Origin: Octopus bimaculoides
Lineage: Eukaryota
Assembly: GCF_001194135.2 (NCBI RefSeq)
Contig: NC_068981.1
Coordinates: 177,582,263 to 177,639,321 of the forward strand
Length of the DNA stretch: 57,059 bases
Direction: 5' to 3'
Part shown: positions 1 to 10,442 of the stretch, piece by piece
Position numbering within the stretch: the first letter of the stretch is position 1
Layout: every line of letters starts with the position of its first letter
Translations under genes and position numbers: made by a program
The notes under the pieces: generated by a model
Seen by the model: the letters and a program-made list of their open reading frames with translations, nothing else
Told to the model about the DNA's origin: nothing
The model's database searches: none

Positions 1-35
1 TGTGTGTGTATATATATGTGTGTGTGTATATCTGT

Positions 36-370
36 GGAGACCCCTTCGGTCACGATTGACCATGGGATTGCTCCTAGAAAGTTACCCTCCCAGGCACAAG
101 TCAGGGCAAGGTTGTTTTTGGAAGACCAGTAGTCGCCCATGCATGCCGGCCTCCTCTCTCCACGCCACCAGTGTTATCGATGGGAAAGGTAAAGGCCGAT
201 ACAGCTTGGCACCAGTGATGTCGCAACTCATTTCTGCAGCTGAGTGAACTGTAGCAACGTGAAATAAAGTGTCTTGCTCAAGAACACAACGTGCAGCCCG
301 GTCCGGGATTCGAGGTCACAACCTCACGATGGTAAGCTCGATGCTCTAACCACTGAGCCATGTGCCTTCA
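36..370 (-). mobile_element. tRNA-derived SINE (family C; CORE/V-like central domain)
   Basis: The minus strand starts with an A-box-like TGGCTCAGTGG and a B-box-like GACCTCGAATCCC, followed by TTGAGCAAGACACTTTATTTC. A partial second copy lies at about 38515-38615. Confidence 0.75.
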
Positions 371-403
371 CGCGTGTATCTATATATGTATATATTGGCC
401 TAC

Positions 404-495
404 CTGCTAACCAGTGGGATGGCGTCTTTTGAATGTTTGAACAATGTACTGAGGAAGCAAATAGCGGCAAGTGGTGTATAACAGCATCTCTTAGT
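404..495 (-). CDS. putative internal coding exon of an unidentified host gene
   Basis: Strong pyrimidine tract and CAG acceptor (cttcactttcttcctggtctttactcaaccag) and a CAG|gtaggc donor. Two frames are open: LRDAVIHHLPLFASSVHCSNIQKTPSHWLA or TKRCCYTPLAAICFLSTLFKHSKDAIPLVS. Product not recognised. Confidence 0.5.
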
Positions 496-724
496 CTGGT
501 TGAGTAAAGACCAGGAAGAAAGTGAAGATATCAATATAACAAAATTTTAATATTTGTTACAAATGTTTCAATACTCCTTTCCACTTTGAATTTAATCAGT
601 AATATACCTATGCTGTATTGATGTCTTCATCAGCTTCCCTTTTTCAAATATTATTCTATGAAATACTTATTCATTCGTTATAAGTACCTGAAGTTCCTGC
701 TCTTTTGTTACTTAAGTTACTTAC

Positions 725-779
725 CAGTGTTAACATATAAATAGCCCTGAGTGCTGCATAAGGAATAACCAAGATTTTA
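725..779 (-). CDS. putative coding exon
   Basis: ttcattttgattcag acceptor and CTG|gtaagt consensus donor. The single open frame reads KILVIPYAALRAIYMLTL (phase 2 to 0). Confidence 0.4.
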
Positions 780-808
780 CTGAATCAAAATGAAGATTGC
801 ATTTTATA

Positions 809-1305
809 CATCATCATCATCATCATCGTTTAACGTCTGCTTTCCATGCTAGCATGGGTTGGATGATTTGACTGAGGACTGGTGAAACCGGATGGCAACA
901 CCAGGCTCCAGTCTGATTTGGCAGAGTTTCTACAGCTGGATGCCCTTCCTAACGCCAACCACTCAGAGAGTGTAGTGGGTGCTTTTACGTGTCACCCGCA
1001 TGAAAACGGCCACGCTCGAAATGGTGTCTTTTATGTGCCACCCGCACAAGCCAGTCCAGGGGCACTGGCAACGATCTTACTTGGCTTGCCGGGTCTTCTC
1101 ACGCACAGCACATTTCCAAAGGTCTCGGTCAGTAGTCATCGCCTCGGTGAGGCCCAATGTACGAAGGTCTTGCCTCACCACCTCAGCCCAGGTCTTCCTG
1201 GGCCTACCTCTTCCACGGGTTCCCTCAACTGTTAGGGTGTGGCACTTTTTCACGCAGCTATCCTCATCCATTCTCACCACATGTCCATACCAGCCACACG
1301 CATAC
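809..1305 (-). mobile_element. RTE-clade LINE 3' end (ORF C-terminus, 3' UTR, (GAT)n tail)
   Basis: Translation WYGHVVRMDEDSCVKKC...EGTRGRGRPRKTWAEVVRQDL...DRDLWK is a typical RTE C-terminus. It is followed by the GGTTGGCGTTAGGAAGGGCATCC motif and a (GAT)n tail. Confidence 0.9.
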
Positions 1306-1392
1306 ACGTTCTCATGCATGCATTCATATGTATATGCATACACTCTCTCACACACACACACACATACTCGCACACACACTCACACACACACA

Positions 1393-1431
<39 letters not shown>

Positions 1432-1608
1432 ACATCTTTCAATGAATACTGGATTCATACTTGAGCTACTTCAAATTTCATGCTTAGATAGTACAGTAAT
1501 CAGATGGGCTTGAATAGTGTGCATTGAATACTATGCATGATCAAGTACAGCATGCAATACAAGTGAGCTGGATTATGCAGGGTATTGTATAAAAGCAAGT
1601 CTGATTAC

Positions 1609-1709
1609 TGTATTATCTGAGTATAGAACTTGAAGTAGATCATGTATAACTCCTGTATTCATTAAATCATATTTATCTGTCACTGAACCGAGTGCTGTTT
1701 TTGCTGATC
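1609..1709 (-). CDS. putative coding exon (helical-repeat-like peptide)
   Basis: ttgttgacag acceptor and ACA|gtaatc donor. The 101-nt open frame reads SAKTALGSVTDKYDLMNTGVIHDLLQVLYSDNT. Family not identified. Confidence 0.5.
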
Positions 1710-2772
1710 CTGTCAACAAGTGACCAGTATATTATATATGTGTGTGTATGCATTAATATATATATATATATATANNNNNNNNNNNNNNNNNNNNNNNNNN
1801 NNNNNNNNNNNNNNNNNNNNNNNNNNNNNNNNNNNNNNNNNNNNNNNNNNNNNNNNNNNNNNNNNNNNNNNNNNNNNNNNNNNNNNNNNNNNNNNNNNNN
1901 NNNNNNNNNNNNNNNNNNNNNNNNNNNNNNNNNNNNNNNNNNNNNNNNNNNNNNNNNNNNNNNNNNNNNNNNNNNNNNNNNNNNNNNNNNNNNNNNNNNN
2001 NNNNNNNNNNNNNNNNNNNNNNNNNNNNNNNNNNNNNNNNNNNNNNNNNNNNNNNNNNNNNNNNNNNNNNNNNNNNNNNNNNNNNNNNNNNNNNNNNNNN
2101 NNNNNNNNNNNNNNNNNNNNNNNNNNNNNNNNNNNNNNNNNNNNNNNNNNNNNNNNNNNNNNNNNNNNNNNNNNNNNNNNNNNNNNNNNNNNNNNNNNNN
2201 NNNNNNNNNNNNNNNNNNNNNNNNNNNNNNNNNNNNNNNNNNNNNNNNNNNNNNNNNNNNNNNNNNNNNNNNNNNNNNNNNNNNNNNNNNNNNNNNNNNN
2301 NNNNNNNNNNNNNNNNNNNNNNNNNNNNNNNNNNNNNNNNNNNNNNNNNNNNNNNNNNNNNNNNNNNNNNNNNNNNNNNNNNNNNNNNNNNNNNNNNNNN
2401 NNNNNNNNNNNNNNNNNNNNNNNNNNNNNNNNNNNNNNNNNNNNNNNNNNNNNNNNNNNNNNNNNNNNNNNNNNNNNNNNNNNNNNNNNNNNNNNNNNNN
2501 NNNNNNNNNNNNNNNNNNNNNNNNNNNNNNNNNNNNNNNNNNNNNNNNNNNNNNNNNNNNNNNNNNNNNNNNNNNNNNNNNNNNNNNNNNNNNNNNNNNN
2601 NNNNNNNNNNNNNNNNNNNNNNNNNNNNNNNNNNNNNNNNNNNNNNNNNNNNNNNNNNNNNNNNNNNNNNNNNNNNNNNNNNNNNNNNNNNNNNNNNNNN
2701 NNNNNNNNNNNNNNNNNNNNNNNNNNNNNNNNNNNNNNNNNNNNNNNNNNNNNNNNNNNNNNNNNNNNNNNA

Positions 2773-2930
2773 ACCACGAAACTAAAAATTCAACCACACT
2801 AGCTTCCTACATAAATAAATTAAAAATGCACAATAAAGAATTTAGTGTAGATTGGTCTATAATAACGAAAACCGCACGAATTTATGCATGAAGGAAGCAA
2901 TCCACATAATCCATGCCAACAAAAATTTCT
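2773..2930 (+). mobile_element. Penelope-like element, GIY-YIG endonuclease C-terminal remnant
   Basis: NHETKNSTTLASYINKLKMHNKEFSVDWSII and, after a frameshift, NLCMKEAIHIIHANK resemble the PLE motifs (N/S)TxLSxYIWxLK...WSI and CxLCxxEKxxII. Confidence 0.75.
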
Positions 2931-3430
2931 GGAATATGGCTTGCACAACGGACATGAAATATTCTAGTTTCATGCCGATGTCTGGTGTGGAGAGACGTTT
3001 CAGCCAGTCCTGTCTGAGGATCTCTTTTAGGATCGATTTGTGGAAGTTCAGATTGGAGAGATTTCAGGTGCTTCCTTTAGGCTGTATGTCTCTGGCTACT
3101 TTCGGCCCAAACATAGACAGCTCTATTATGTTGTGATCTGAGACTAATGCCAGCGTCACTTTCACATCATGAACGATGTCGATCTTGTTTGTGAAGCAGA
3201 GATCCAAAATGTTATTCGCCCTAGTTGGTCTGAGTACAACTTGCTCCATGAATAGGGCATTGGGGAGGTTGAGCTGGGACTCCACCTGTGCTTGTTTGCA
3301 ATGAGTCATTCCTGAGAGCATGAGGCCTTCGGGCCATTTGGCGTTGGGGAAGTTGAAATCACCCATAAGAAATATGCTTACATGGTGTTCCAGTTGCATG
3401 AGGATTTCTTTAATTCTTGTGAGGCAATCT
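2925..3430 (-). mobile_element. CR1-like LINE, AP-endonuclease C-terminal fragment
   Basis: The ORF at 3064-3399 contains the APE motifs LMGDFNFP, PTRANNILDLCFTN and VSDHNII. The following segment reads LNFHKS...QDW. Confidence 0.9.
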
Positions 3431-3571
3431 TCTAACTTTTTTACTTTCTTCCCTTCAGGTTTTCTCCCTTTATTTAACAGTCATTCTAATAGCTCTTTTG
3501 TTTGTCTTAATAACGGTCATTCACATAGTCATTTCCCTTTGTTTAACGGTCATTTTCATAGCATTTTTTTA

Positions 3572-3646
3572 TTGTCTTAATAACTGATGAGATGGCGGAG
3601 CAGATTTCCACCCCGACATCCGAAACTCAGAGTTTTATTATGGCAA
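3572..3646 (+). ncRNA. type I hammerhead ribozyme motif (Penelope-type terminus)
   Basis: Helix I TAATAA(3578-83)/TTATTA(3635-40), extendable to about 12 bp; core CTGATGA (3584-90); helix II GATG/CATC with one extra C; GAAA (3622-25); helix III ACTC-A-GAGT; cleavage triplet GUU. Confidence 0.75.
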
Positions 3647-3810
3647 CCGAATAATTGTCACATATTATATTACAGATAAATATATTTATATATATATATA
3701 TACATATATATTTGATAATAATAAAATGTGACAACAAAAGAATGAGACTTCAATATTAGAGAAATAGAGGATTATTTATATATGTTATAAATTAGAATAA
3801 ATAGTAAAAG

Positions 3811-3888
3811 GTTGTCATTATAGTACTCGGAGTTTCAAATGCCAGAGTGAAGAGCTACGTTACATTCTCATCAACTATTAATGACAAC
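3811..3888 (-). ncRNA. type I hammerhead ribozyme motif, same family as 3572-3646, inverted
   Basis: 13-bp helix I with one bulge (gttgtcattaatag/ctataatgacaac); core TTGATGA (C3 changed to U); helix II GAATG/CATTT; GAAA; helix III ACTC-C-GAGT; triplet GUA. Confidence 0.75.
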
Positions 3889-4208
3889 AGACGTTATGAA
3901 TATCCGTTAAATATAAGGGAAGTAACTCTAATAGGTGGAAAGAGAAAAAAGAAAAATATAAAAAATATTAAGAAAAGCAATCGACTCAACCCTGTGTGTG
4001 TGTGTGTGTGTGTGTATTTGTTAAAGTGACAAAAGCAGTATTAGTTCAAAACAGCATTTTGTATGTCTTACGTGACATGGATCAAAATGTAGAAAGCCAG
4101 AAAGTTGTGGTATTCATCTTGAGGAAGCATCTTGTATAGATATATAGTGCTAAAAAGCACAGAAGTTCAGCAGCAGTGGATGGAGAGCATCCAGCAGTGC
4201 AAGTGGAG

Positions 4209-4253
4209 CTGCGAAATCTAGATTTCTGTTTGTGTGAGCAACATCAGTAACAA
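4209..4253 (-). ncRNA. minimal type I hammerhead motif, copy A (degenerate)
   Basis: TTGTTA-CTGATGT-TGCT-CACACA-AACA-GAAA-TCTAGA-TT-TCGCAG. A9 is changed to U and helices I and II carry mismatches. Confidence 0.6.
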
Positions 4254-4510
4254 TTCTGCAACCACATGCTTAGACCACATGCTTAGACCAATTTATCACT
4301 TGCAATCACATGCTTAGACCAATGTTTCCTCTACTGATATAGATTAACAAATCACTGGTGTCACAAATAGCTGGCAGACTGGGAAAAAATTTGTTACTAG
4401 CAATGAAAGCAGTATTAGTTCAAAGTAGCAATCTGTATATCTTACTTAACATGGATATCATGTAGAAAGCCAGAAACTGCAATATTTGTCTTGAGAAAAC
4501 ATTTCATATA

Positions 4511-5051
4511 TGACTGGTCACTGCGCCATTGGAGCACTTGAAATTGAACCATACTCGATGACTGGTCACCGCGGCAGTGGAGCACTAACAGCACTGTCGA
4601 GCGTGGTCATTGCCAGAGCAGCTGTCTGGCTTCCATGCTAGTGGCCTGTAAATAGCACCATTAGAATGTAATCGTTACCAGTGTTGCCTTCTAGCACTTG
4701 TGCTGGTGGCACGTTAGAAAATCATTCGAGCGAGGTCGTTGCCAGTGCCGCTGGACTGGCTCCCATGCAGGTAGCACGTAAAAAAAACACCTTTTGAGCG
4801 TGACCGTTGCCAGTACTTTGTGACTGGCCCTCGTGCCAGTACTTTGTGACTGGCCCTCGTGCCAGTGGCACGTAAAAGCACCCACTACACTCTCGGAGTG
4901 GTTGGCGTTAGGAAGGACATCCAGCTGTAGAAACTCTGCCAGATCAGATTGGAGCCTGGTGCAGCCTTCTGGCTTGCCAGTCCTCAGTCAAATCGTCCAA
5001 CCCATGCTAGCATGGAAAGCAGACGTTAAACGATGACGATGATGATGATGA
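4511..5051 (+). mobile_element. RTE-derived 3' UTR/tail repeat with four ~65-bp internal units
   Basis: Same terminal sequence as 809-1305 (ggttggcgttaggaagg...gcatgg...ttaaacgatgacgatgatg). Internal units start at about 4599, 4664, 4728 and 4796. Confidence 0.85.
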
Positions 5052-5085
5052 TATAGTGCTAAAAAGCATAAACATGTAAGTTGAA

Positions 5086-5130
5086 TTGCTAAATTTAGAT
5101 TTTTGCTTCTTTGAGCATCATCAGTAGCAA
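5086..5130 (-). ncRNA. minimal type I hammerhead motif, copy B
   Basis: TTGCTA-CTGATGA-TGCT-CAAAGA-AGCA-AAAA-TCTAAA-TT-TAGCAA. Perfect 6-bp helix I and 4-bp helix II; G12 is changed to A. Confidence 0.7.
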
Positions 5131-5737
5131 GTATCAACTAGTAACCACAAGTCAAGGCAAATTTAGCCTCTCCTTATATCTAGAAAAGCAGTGATTAACA
5201 AATCATTGTTGTCATGAATTTAAACTGATTGAATTAGTTGAGTGCTGCACTAAATGCTTTATAACAGTTGTTATTCTTTAAAAAATCTTGACTTTAAATT
5301 GTTCCTTGCTTGATTTTACTTTTATCCTTCCAAGGTCAATAAAAAAGAAAGACCTTGTGTCAATATATATTTATCAATATTAATCATCTGGTAACCCACT
5401 TCTTCAGTCAATATTTAACTTTGATTTCTCATCAGATTTAGTAATTTTAGAGTTTTATATAGTTCAGTTTGGGCACATTTTATGTAGAGCTACCAGAACA
5501 CATACTTCTACAACAGTTCTATAGATTTAACATTTTATGTAAAACATTTTATATGTAAATGATTCACTTGAAACATCAACCAAGAAACATAGCATTTGTG
5601 TATGTGAAGGAAAACAAAATATATTGGTTCTTTGAAATATGTTAGAATTATCATTTCAGGTTTATGAATAAAGATTGATAAGTGGGGAAAATAAATCTTA
5701 AATTATTGTTGACATCAAAAGAGATTATTGTTCTCAC

Positions 5738-5785
5738 TTCCATCTAGTGGAAAAGTGAGCAATAATTTCAACTTCAAGAAGTTTT
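5738..5785 (-). CDS. possible 48-nt exon
   Basis: ctttttttttacaag acceptor and GAA|gtgaga donor. Two frames are open (KLLEVEIIAHFSTRW or NFLKLKLLLTFPLDG). Confidence 0.3.
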
Positions 5786-5989
5786 CTTGTAAAAAAAAAG
5801 AGCAATAAGATAGATTCTATTCATCTTTTTAATGGTTTAGTCAGGAAGGAGAGGTTGTGCCTATGACATAATAGAATTAATGGAGATGTTCAGTTTGAAC
5901 ATTTATAAGATAATGTCTGCAGGAAAAACATGGGTAGGAACAGATTTCAGCAGGTTGATTGAGCATAGTAGTTATTGTGAGGCCTAAGC

Positions 5990-7560
5990 AAGGGGAAAAT
6001 ACAATATGGGTGATGAGAGGATAATCAGGTATATCAAGTGGGCTTGAGTGGAGGTGCTATGCAGCTAGCTAGATCTGTGGAGCTGAGCTATTATAGTTGT
6101 ATTAGAAAAGATAGAATGAAGTTGAGTTTGGAGTGTGTAAATGAAGTCTTATCAAATGATTTGACTGCTTTCTTTTGGATGCAATCTAGGTTGCTTGTAT
6201 GTGTAACAGCAGTACTGACCCAGATGTGGGATCAATATGCCATTGTAAGTCTCACTTGTGATTTGTAGAGAGTTGGTAATTGTTTGAAGCTGATGTATTT
6301 TCTAACCTTGTAGAGAAAATCTAGTTTTTGGTACACAATTTTAGCTATGATAAGAATATAAGGTTGATAGGAGAAATCATCAATGATTGCAGGATCCAAC
6401 ACTTATAGTGACTTTGGGGGTTTTAATTGAGTGGTGTTCAAGACTAAAGTAAGATTGTTTCCTTGATATGGTCTTTTTTTTGTGGGGTGTTTAAGAAGGA
6501 AATATTGTCATTATTGGAGAATGTTTTTGATGTCTCTGTTGGTGGAAACAGTGCAGGTTTGATGTGAGGTGTCTTGGTAGAATATGGATTGACACCTGTA
6601 TGAGGAAGGTTTGGGAAGAATGAAGAGTACTATCATCTCCATTGCTGCATTGGAAGGGTATTGTTAGAAGCGGATAGTATGTTGAAAATTATGGATGACA
6701 TAACAGAGTTAATAGAGAATGGGTCAGAAAGAATCTCATCTGTGCAAGCTGCAATGATATGGTCTAACTGAAAACCTCCACTCCAAGAGATGAATGATGA
6801 TTGAAGTTTGACTGCAGGCTATTTTGATAAGTGATTCTTTTGCCAAACTTGATCAAATATTTTGCTGATGTTAAGTGTGATAACATCATTTTTGCTGAAT
6901 TTTTCAAGGCTGAGTGGTTATAGGTAAGTAGAAATGGTGAGCATACTCTCAGGAGATCTGGCTCTGTGGAAGCCATATAGATGATCACTGAGGAGATAGA
7001 AGGGAGTCATGGTATTAAAAAAGATGATAGTTCATGACCGTTTCTATCACATTTAAGATTAATAGGCTTTTAGCTGGCAGGGTCAGACAGGCTACCCTTG
7101 TTGGGTTTAGGACACATGGTAGTATGTTTCCAAAGATCAGGGTAGGTCCCTGTTAAGAGAGAGAGAGAAAGAGAAAGTATAGAGGTTATTTGCGGGCTGT
7201 ACTGTTTAAGGGTAATAGAAAGGAGATTGTTAAGGCAAATGGACTTGTTGGTTTGAAGTGATGGCAGATGTTTTGGCACTTTGTATATGTATGTGATGTT
7301 AAGATTGGTGAAGTTTTGCCAGGTGTGTGCAATGTCAAGTTGGATGCATAGTAGGCAGTAAATGTGGAAACTTTCTCTATGGAAGTTCTGTTTAAAAAGC
7401 CATCATGGTAGTAGATTTCTTCAAAGTAGAAAGAGATCCTTTGATTAAGTGTCACAAGGACCAGCTGCAATTTGGAATGTGTGAGAGCTTGCAGGTTGAG
7501 CAGAGCATATAGTTAGCTTTTGCTTTTAAGATGGCTGTCTTGCGGAAGTCGTAGATAAAA
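5990..7560 (-). mobile_element. heavily decayed CR1/L2-like LINE reverse transcriptase region
   Basis: Fragment YPDLWKHTTMCPKPNKGSLSDPAS resembles the RT start P.xWKxAxVxPIPKKGxxSDPxNY. Many stops and frameshifts. Confidence 0.65.
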
Positions 7561-9417
7561 ATAATCTTTTGATGGTATTTGAACAATTATATAATCTATT
7601 AATAAATTGTTAATTTATTGATAGATTAATTGTAAGCAGTGTTCCAAGCACTTAAAAATGGTTTAATCCATTCATGTAAATATTAATGTATTCATAGTTA
7701 ACTCTTTAAATCTACATGAGGAGGCCTGTGTTAAAATCTTGCTTTGTGAAGGAGTGAAACTTCTGGAAATATAAGCACAGTAGAAAATAAAGAAGATATG
7801 CTAATCATTTTATATTTAATATAATATTTCTCACTCAAATATAGTCAGTTTATAGATAGATCTACAAGAGTTAGACATATTGGATTACATATTATAGTTT
7901 ATGAATTAGGTTAGATCTTGTATTAAAATATCTGCATAATATGTGAGAAGCCTTTAAAATTTCACTTTTCTTTTTTTTACTTTCAGCATCTATCTTTGTT
8001 TATCTGCAGAAAGACTGGGTTTTCAAATGTAAACATATCATTACTATTTAAACTCTAATTTAATAATCACTGAAGAGAAATCAAATTTATATTCGATTAC
8101 TTATCTATTTGATATTGCTCTTAAAATAATTTTTGTGAAATAATTATTTGAGAAAATATGTAGGTTTGACAATCATAATAATTCTAATCTCAACATGCTT
8201 ATTATGGTGATACCATTTTTCAAAATTCAGATAAAGTTTAGCAAGAACTATATCATTCAATGTAGTCTTACGTTTTAAGATAGTAGAGTGTAGCTTGAAG
8301 GATATTTCGTTACTATTTCTAGGAGGTTGAGGTGGCTCTCCCATTGGCTGATATTGTTATTTAACCCAAGTACATTCCTGTTTGGGCAAAAGTACTCCTG
8401 CCATGGACATTCAGTCTTACTTGGCTCCACAAAAATTTAATCCAAGTTATGTCATTTCAACACTTTGAAAAATATGTTAATTTTACTATGGTTATAGAAA
8501 AACAAGACAAATTTACTTCATGTGTTGTATAAATTGTGTTTGAGAACATTTTTTTATTTACCTATTTTATCGTCTTTTTTTTTCTTTTTTTGTAAAGTGT
8601 GAAGGACGAAATTCATGCATTTAAATCATGAACTTTTAAATTAAGCTTTTAAATTATGAAGTCTTTAGAGTGTTTTGAAGTAAGTTAAATAATGAAGGCT
8701 ACATGTACATAGTCTGTGAGAAATAAGCATTTAAAAGTATTGAGAGGAAGACTTCAGAATATTAACATTCATACAAAATACATAAAAAAGAAGACTTAAG
8801 AAAACAACTCAACAAAAAAGATTGTTTTGTTTATAAAGTAGCTGTGTGAAAACCAATGTCATCACAGTATTAAATATTAAATAAATTGTCTGCAAATACA
8901 AATGTTGCTTGAAGAACAATAAGATGAAGACACTTGGATGATTTCATATTATTCTTATAAAATCAATGTATCTTCAAAGAACACTGGAGATCAAATTACT
9001 TTCTTTAAAATGTTTTGCAACTTTACAGTTTGTGGATTAAAGTGACATCTTATTTTTGGATGAAACATTAATAAATGAGCTTGATACAAAGTTTTAATTC
9101 ATTGCTGTTCTACCAAGATTTAATTGAAAGTATGTTAGTCCAACAATGAAAGGTAATCCATTTTTTATAATGTAGAAGTCAGTATCCTTTTTAGTGGATT
9201 GCATGTCATTTATTCCTGATGATAAAAACTTCTATACCTATTACTTTTGTGAAAAAAACACCATATTTAAAATTGTATTCTGTATATTTTGCTTAATATG
9301 GAAAGCCACAAAACTGCAGAATACATCCTGAGAAAGCTTTTCATGTATATGTATAGTGTTAAAATGCGCAGAAGTGTATTAGTTGCAGACAAAAAGCATC
9401 TTGCAGCTGTGGTGGAA

Positions 9418-9460
9418 TTGCTAAATTATGATTTCTGTATCTTTGCATAATTTTTAGTCC
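9418..9460 (-). ncRNA. hammerhead motif copy C (3' half retained, 5' core decayed)
   Basis: TATG-CAAAGA-TACA-GAAA-TCATAA-TT-TAGCAA; the CUGAUGA core is not retained. Confidence 0.45.
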
Positions 9461-9519
9461 CTGTTTTTCTATAATAGTGAAAGTGAAATGTGTCTAAGCA
9501 TACAGTTGAGAGTGGAAAC

Positions 9520-9564
9520 TTGCTACTGATCATGTGCAAAGACAGAGAAATCATGATTTAGCAA
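9520..9564 (+). ncRNA. minimal type I hammerhead motif, copy D
   Basis: TTGCTA-CTGATCA-TGTG-CAAAGA-CAGA-GAAA-TCATGA-TT-TAGCAA. Perfect helix I and perfect palindrome ATCATGAT; G8 is changed to C. Confidence 0.7.
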
Positions 9565-10388
9565 TTCCACCACCACTAATGGATGTTTTCGTCTGCTACT
9601 GAAACACTTCTGTACTTTTTAGCATTATATGCCCATACAAGAAGCTTTATCAAGACAAATACTGCAATTTTGTGGCTTTTGATAGTATATCCATGTTAAT
9701 TAAGATATATAGGCTGCTATTCTAAACCAAAACTACTTCCATTGCTAATAACAAAATTTTACCCTCAGTCTTTAATTTTTACTACAATTGCAGCTCCATG
9801 TCATCACTGCCTAACCTAAACTCTATTGACTATTGCTAGGATTATGCTATAAAAAAAATTTAAATTACAGAACAATATCATGTCAATTCAAGAGACAAAA
9901 GATAATAAATTTGATTTCAATAATTTACCATGCATATTATTTGATATACCCTTGTTCATCTTTGTTGTTCAAATAAATGTGCCACTGGCCACTCTGAGTT
10001 ATTTCTCATAGCTCATTTTTATTTCAATTATGGAAATTACCAAGGCCATAAATATGTTCTACTCTCTCTCTTAAGTGTTTTTTTATCTCATTTGTTGAAG
10101 ATAAGGTAGGATAATTAATGTGCTAATTTATTTTATGTATGCAAATTACCTAGGCCAATCCTTCTCAATTTTTAAAAACTATTGCTTTTTTCTTTCACTA
10201 ACACTTTTTCAACTCCCACATGCTTATGATTCAATACCCCTCCACCTCATTTAAAAAATTGTAATGGGCATACATGTAGCATCAGTCAGGCTAGAGTAAT
10301 TTGGTTCTTGGTGCTAATTTGACACACACACACACACACATACACAGATGCACATACACAGATGCACATACACACACACATGTACATG

Positions 10389-10442
<54 letters not shown>

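Larger units (their letters stand above)
4032..5230. repeat. two tandem copies of a 374-bp hammerhead-bearing unit; second copy interrupted by an RTE tail
   Basis: aaagcagtattagttcaaa recurs at 4032 and 4406. Homology resumes at 5052 (atatagtgctaaaaagca...gattaacaaatca). Confidence 0.85.
9285..9745. repeat. inverted pair of the same hammerhead-bearing family as 4032-5230
   Basis: 9285-9460 matches the family in the same orientation as 4032-4330, and 9490-9745 matches it in reverse complement (gtggtggaattgctaaat shared by both arms). Confidence 0.8.

Noticed and set aside
558-636. Minus-strand CTGATGA...GTATT-GAAA-CATTTGT-A with a caatac/gtattg inverted pair
   Set aside because: There are seven unpaired nt after the core and no helix I pairing; it also overlaps a possible exon.
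868-895. CTGAGGA-CTGGT-GAAA-CCGG in the RTE tail (all copies), resembling a hammerhead core
   Set aside because: Only 5 nt separate the core halves, so helix II cannot form, and there is no helix I complement.
1673-2891. Long ORFs spanning N runs (also 13778-14311 and 26399-27083)
   Set aside because: These are artefacts of translating assembly gaps.
4599-4870. Regularly spaced ~65-bp repeats that superficially resemble a CRISPR array
   Set aside because: Whole units, including the would-be spacers, are homologous; they sit in a eukaryotic RTE 3' UTR, and there are no cas genes.
8144-8520. ORF MGEPPQPPRN... and nearby strong-looking splice sites
   Set aside because: The best acceptor/donor pair has stops in all frames, and the alternatives rely on weak sites; no recognisable homology.
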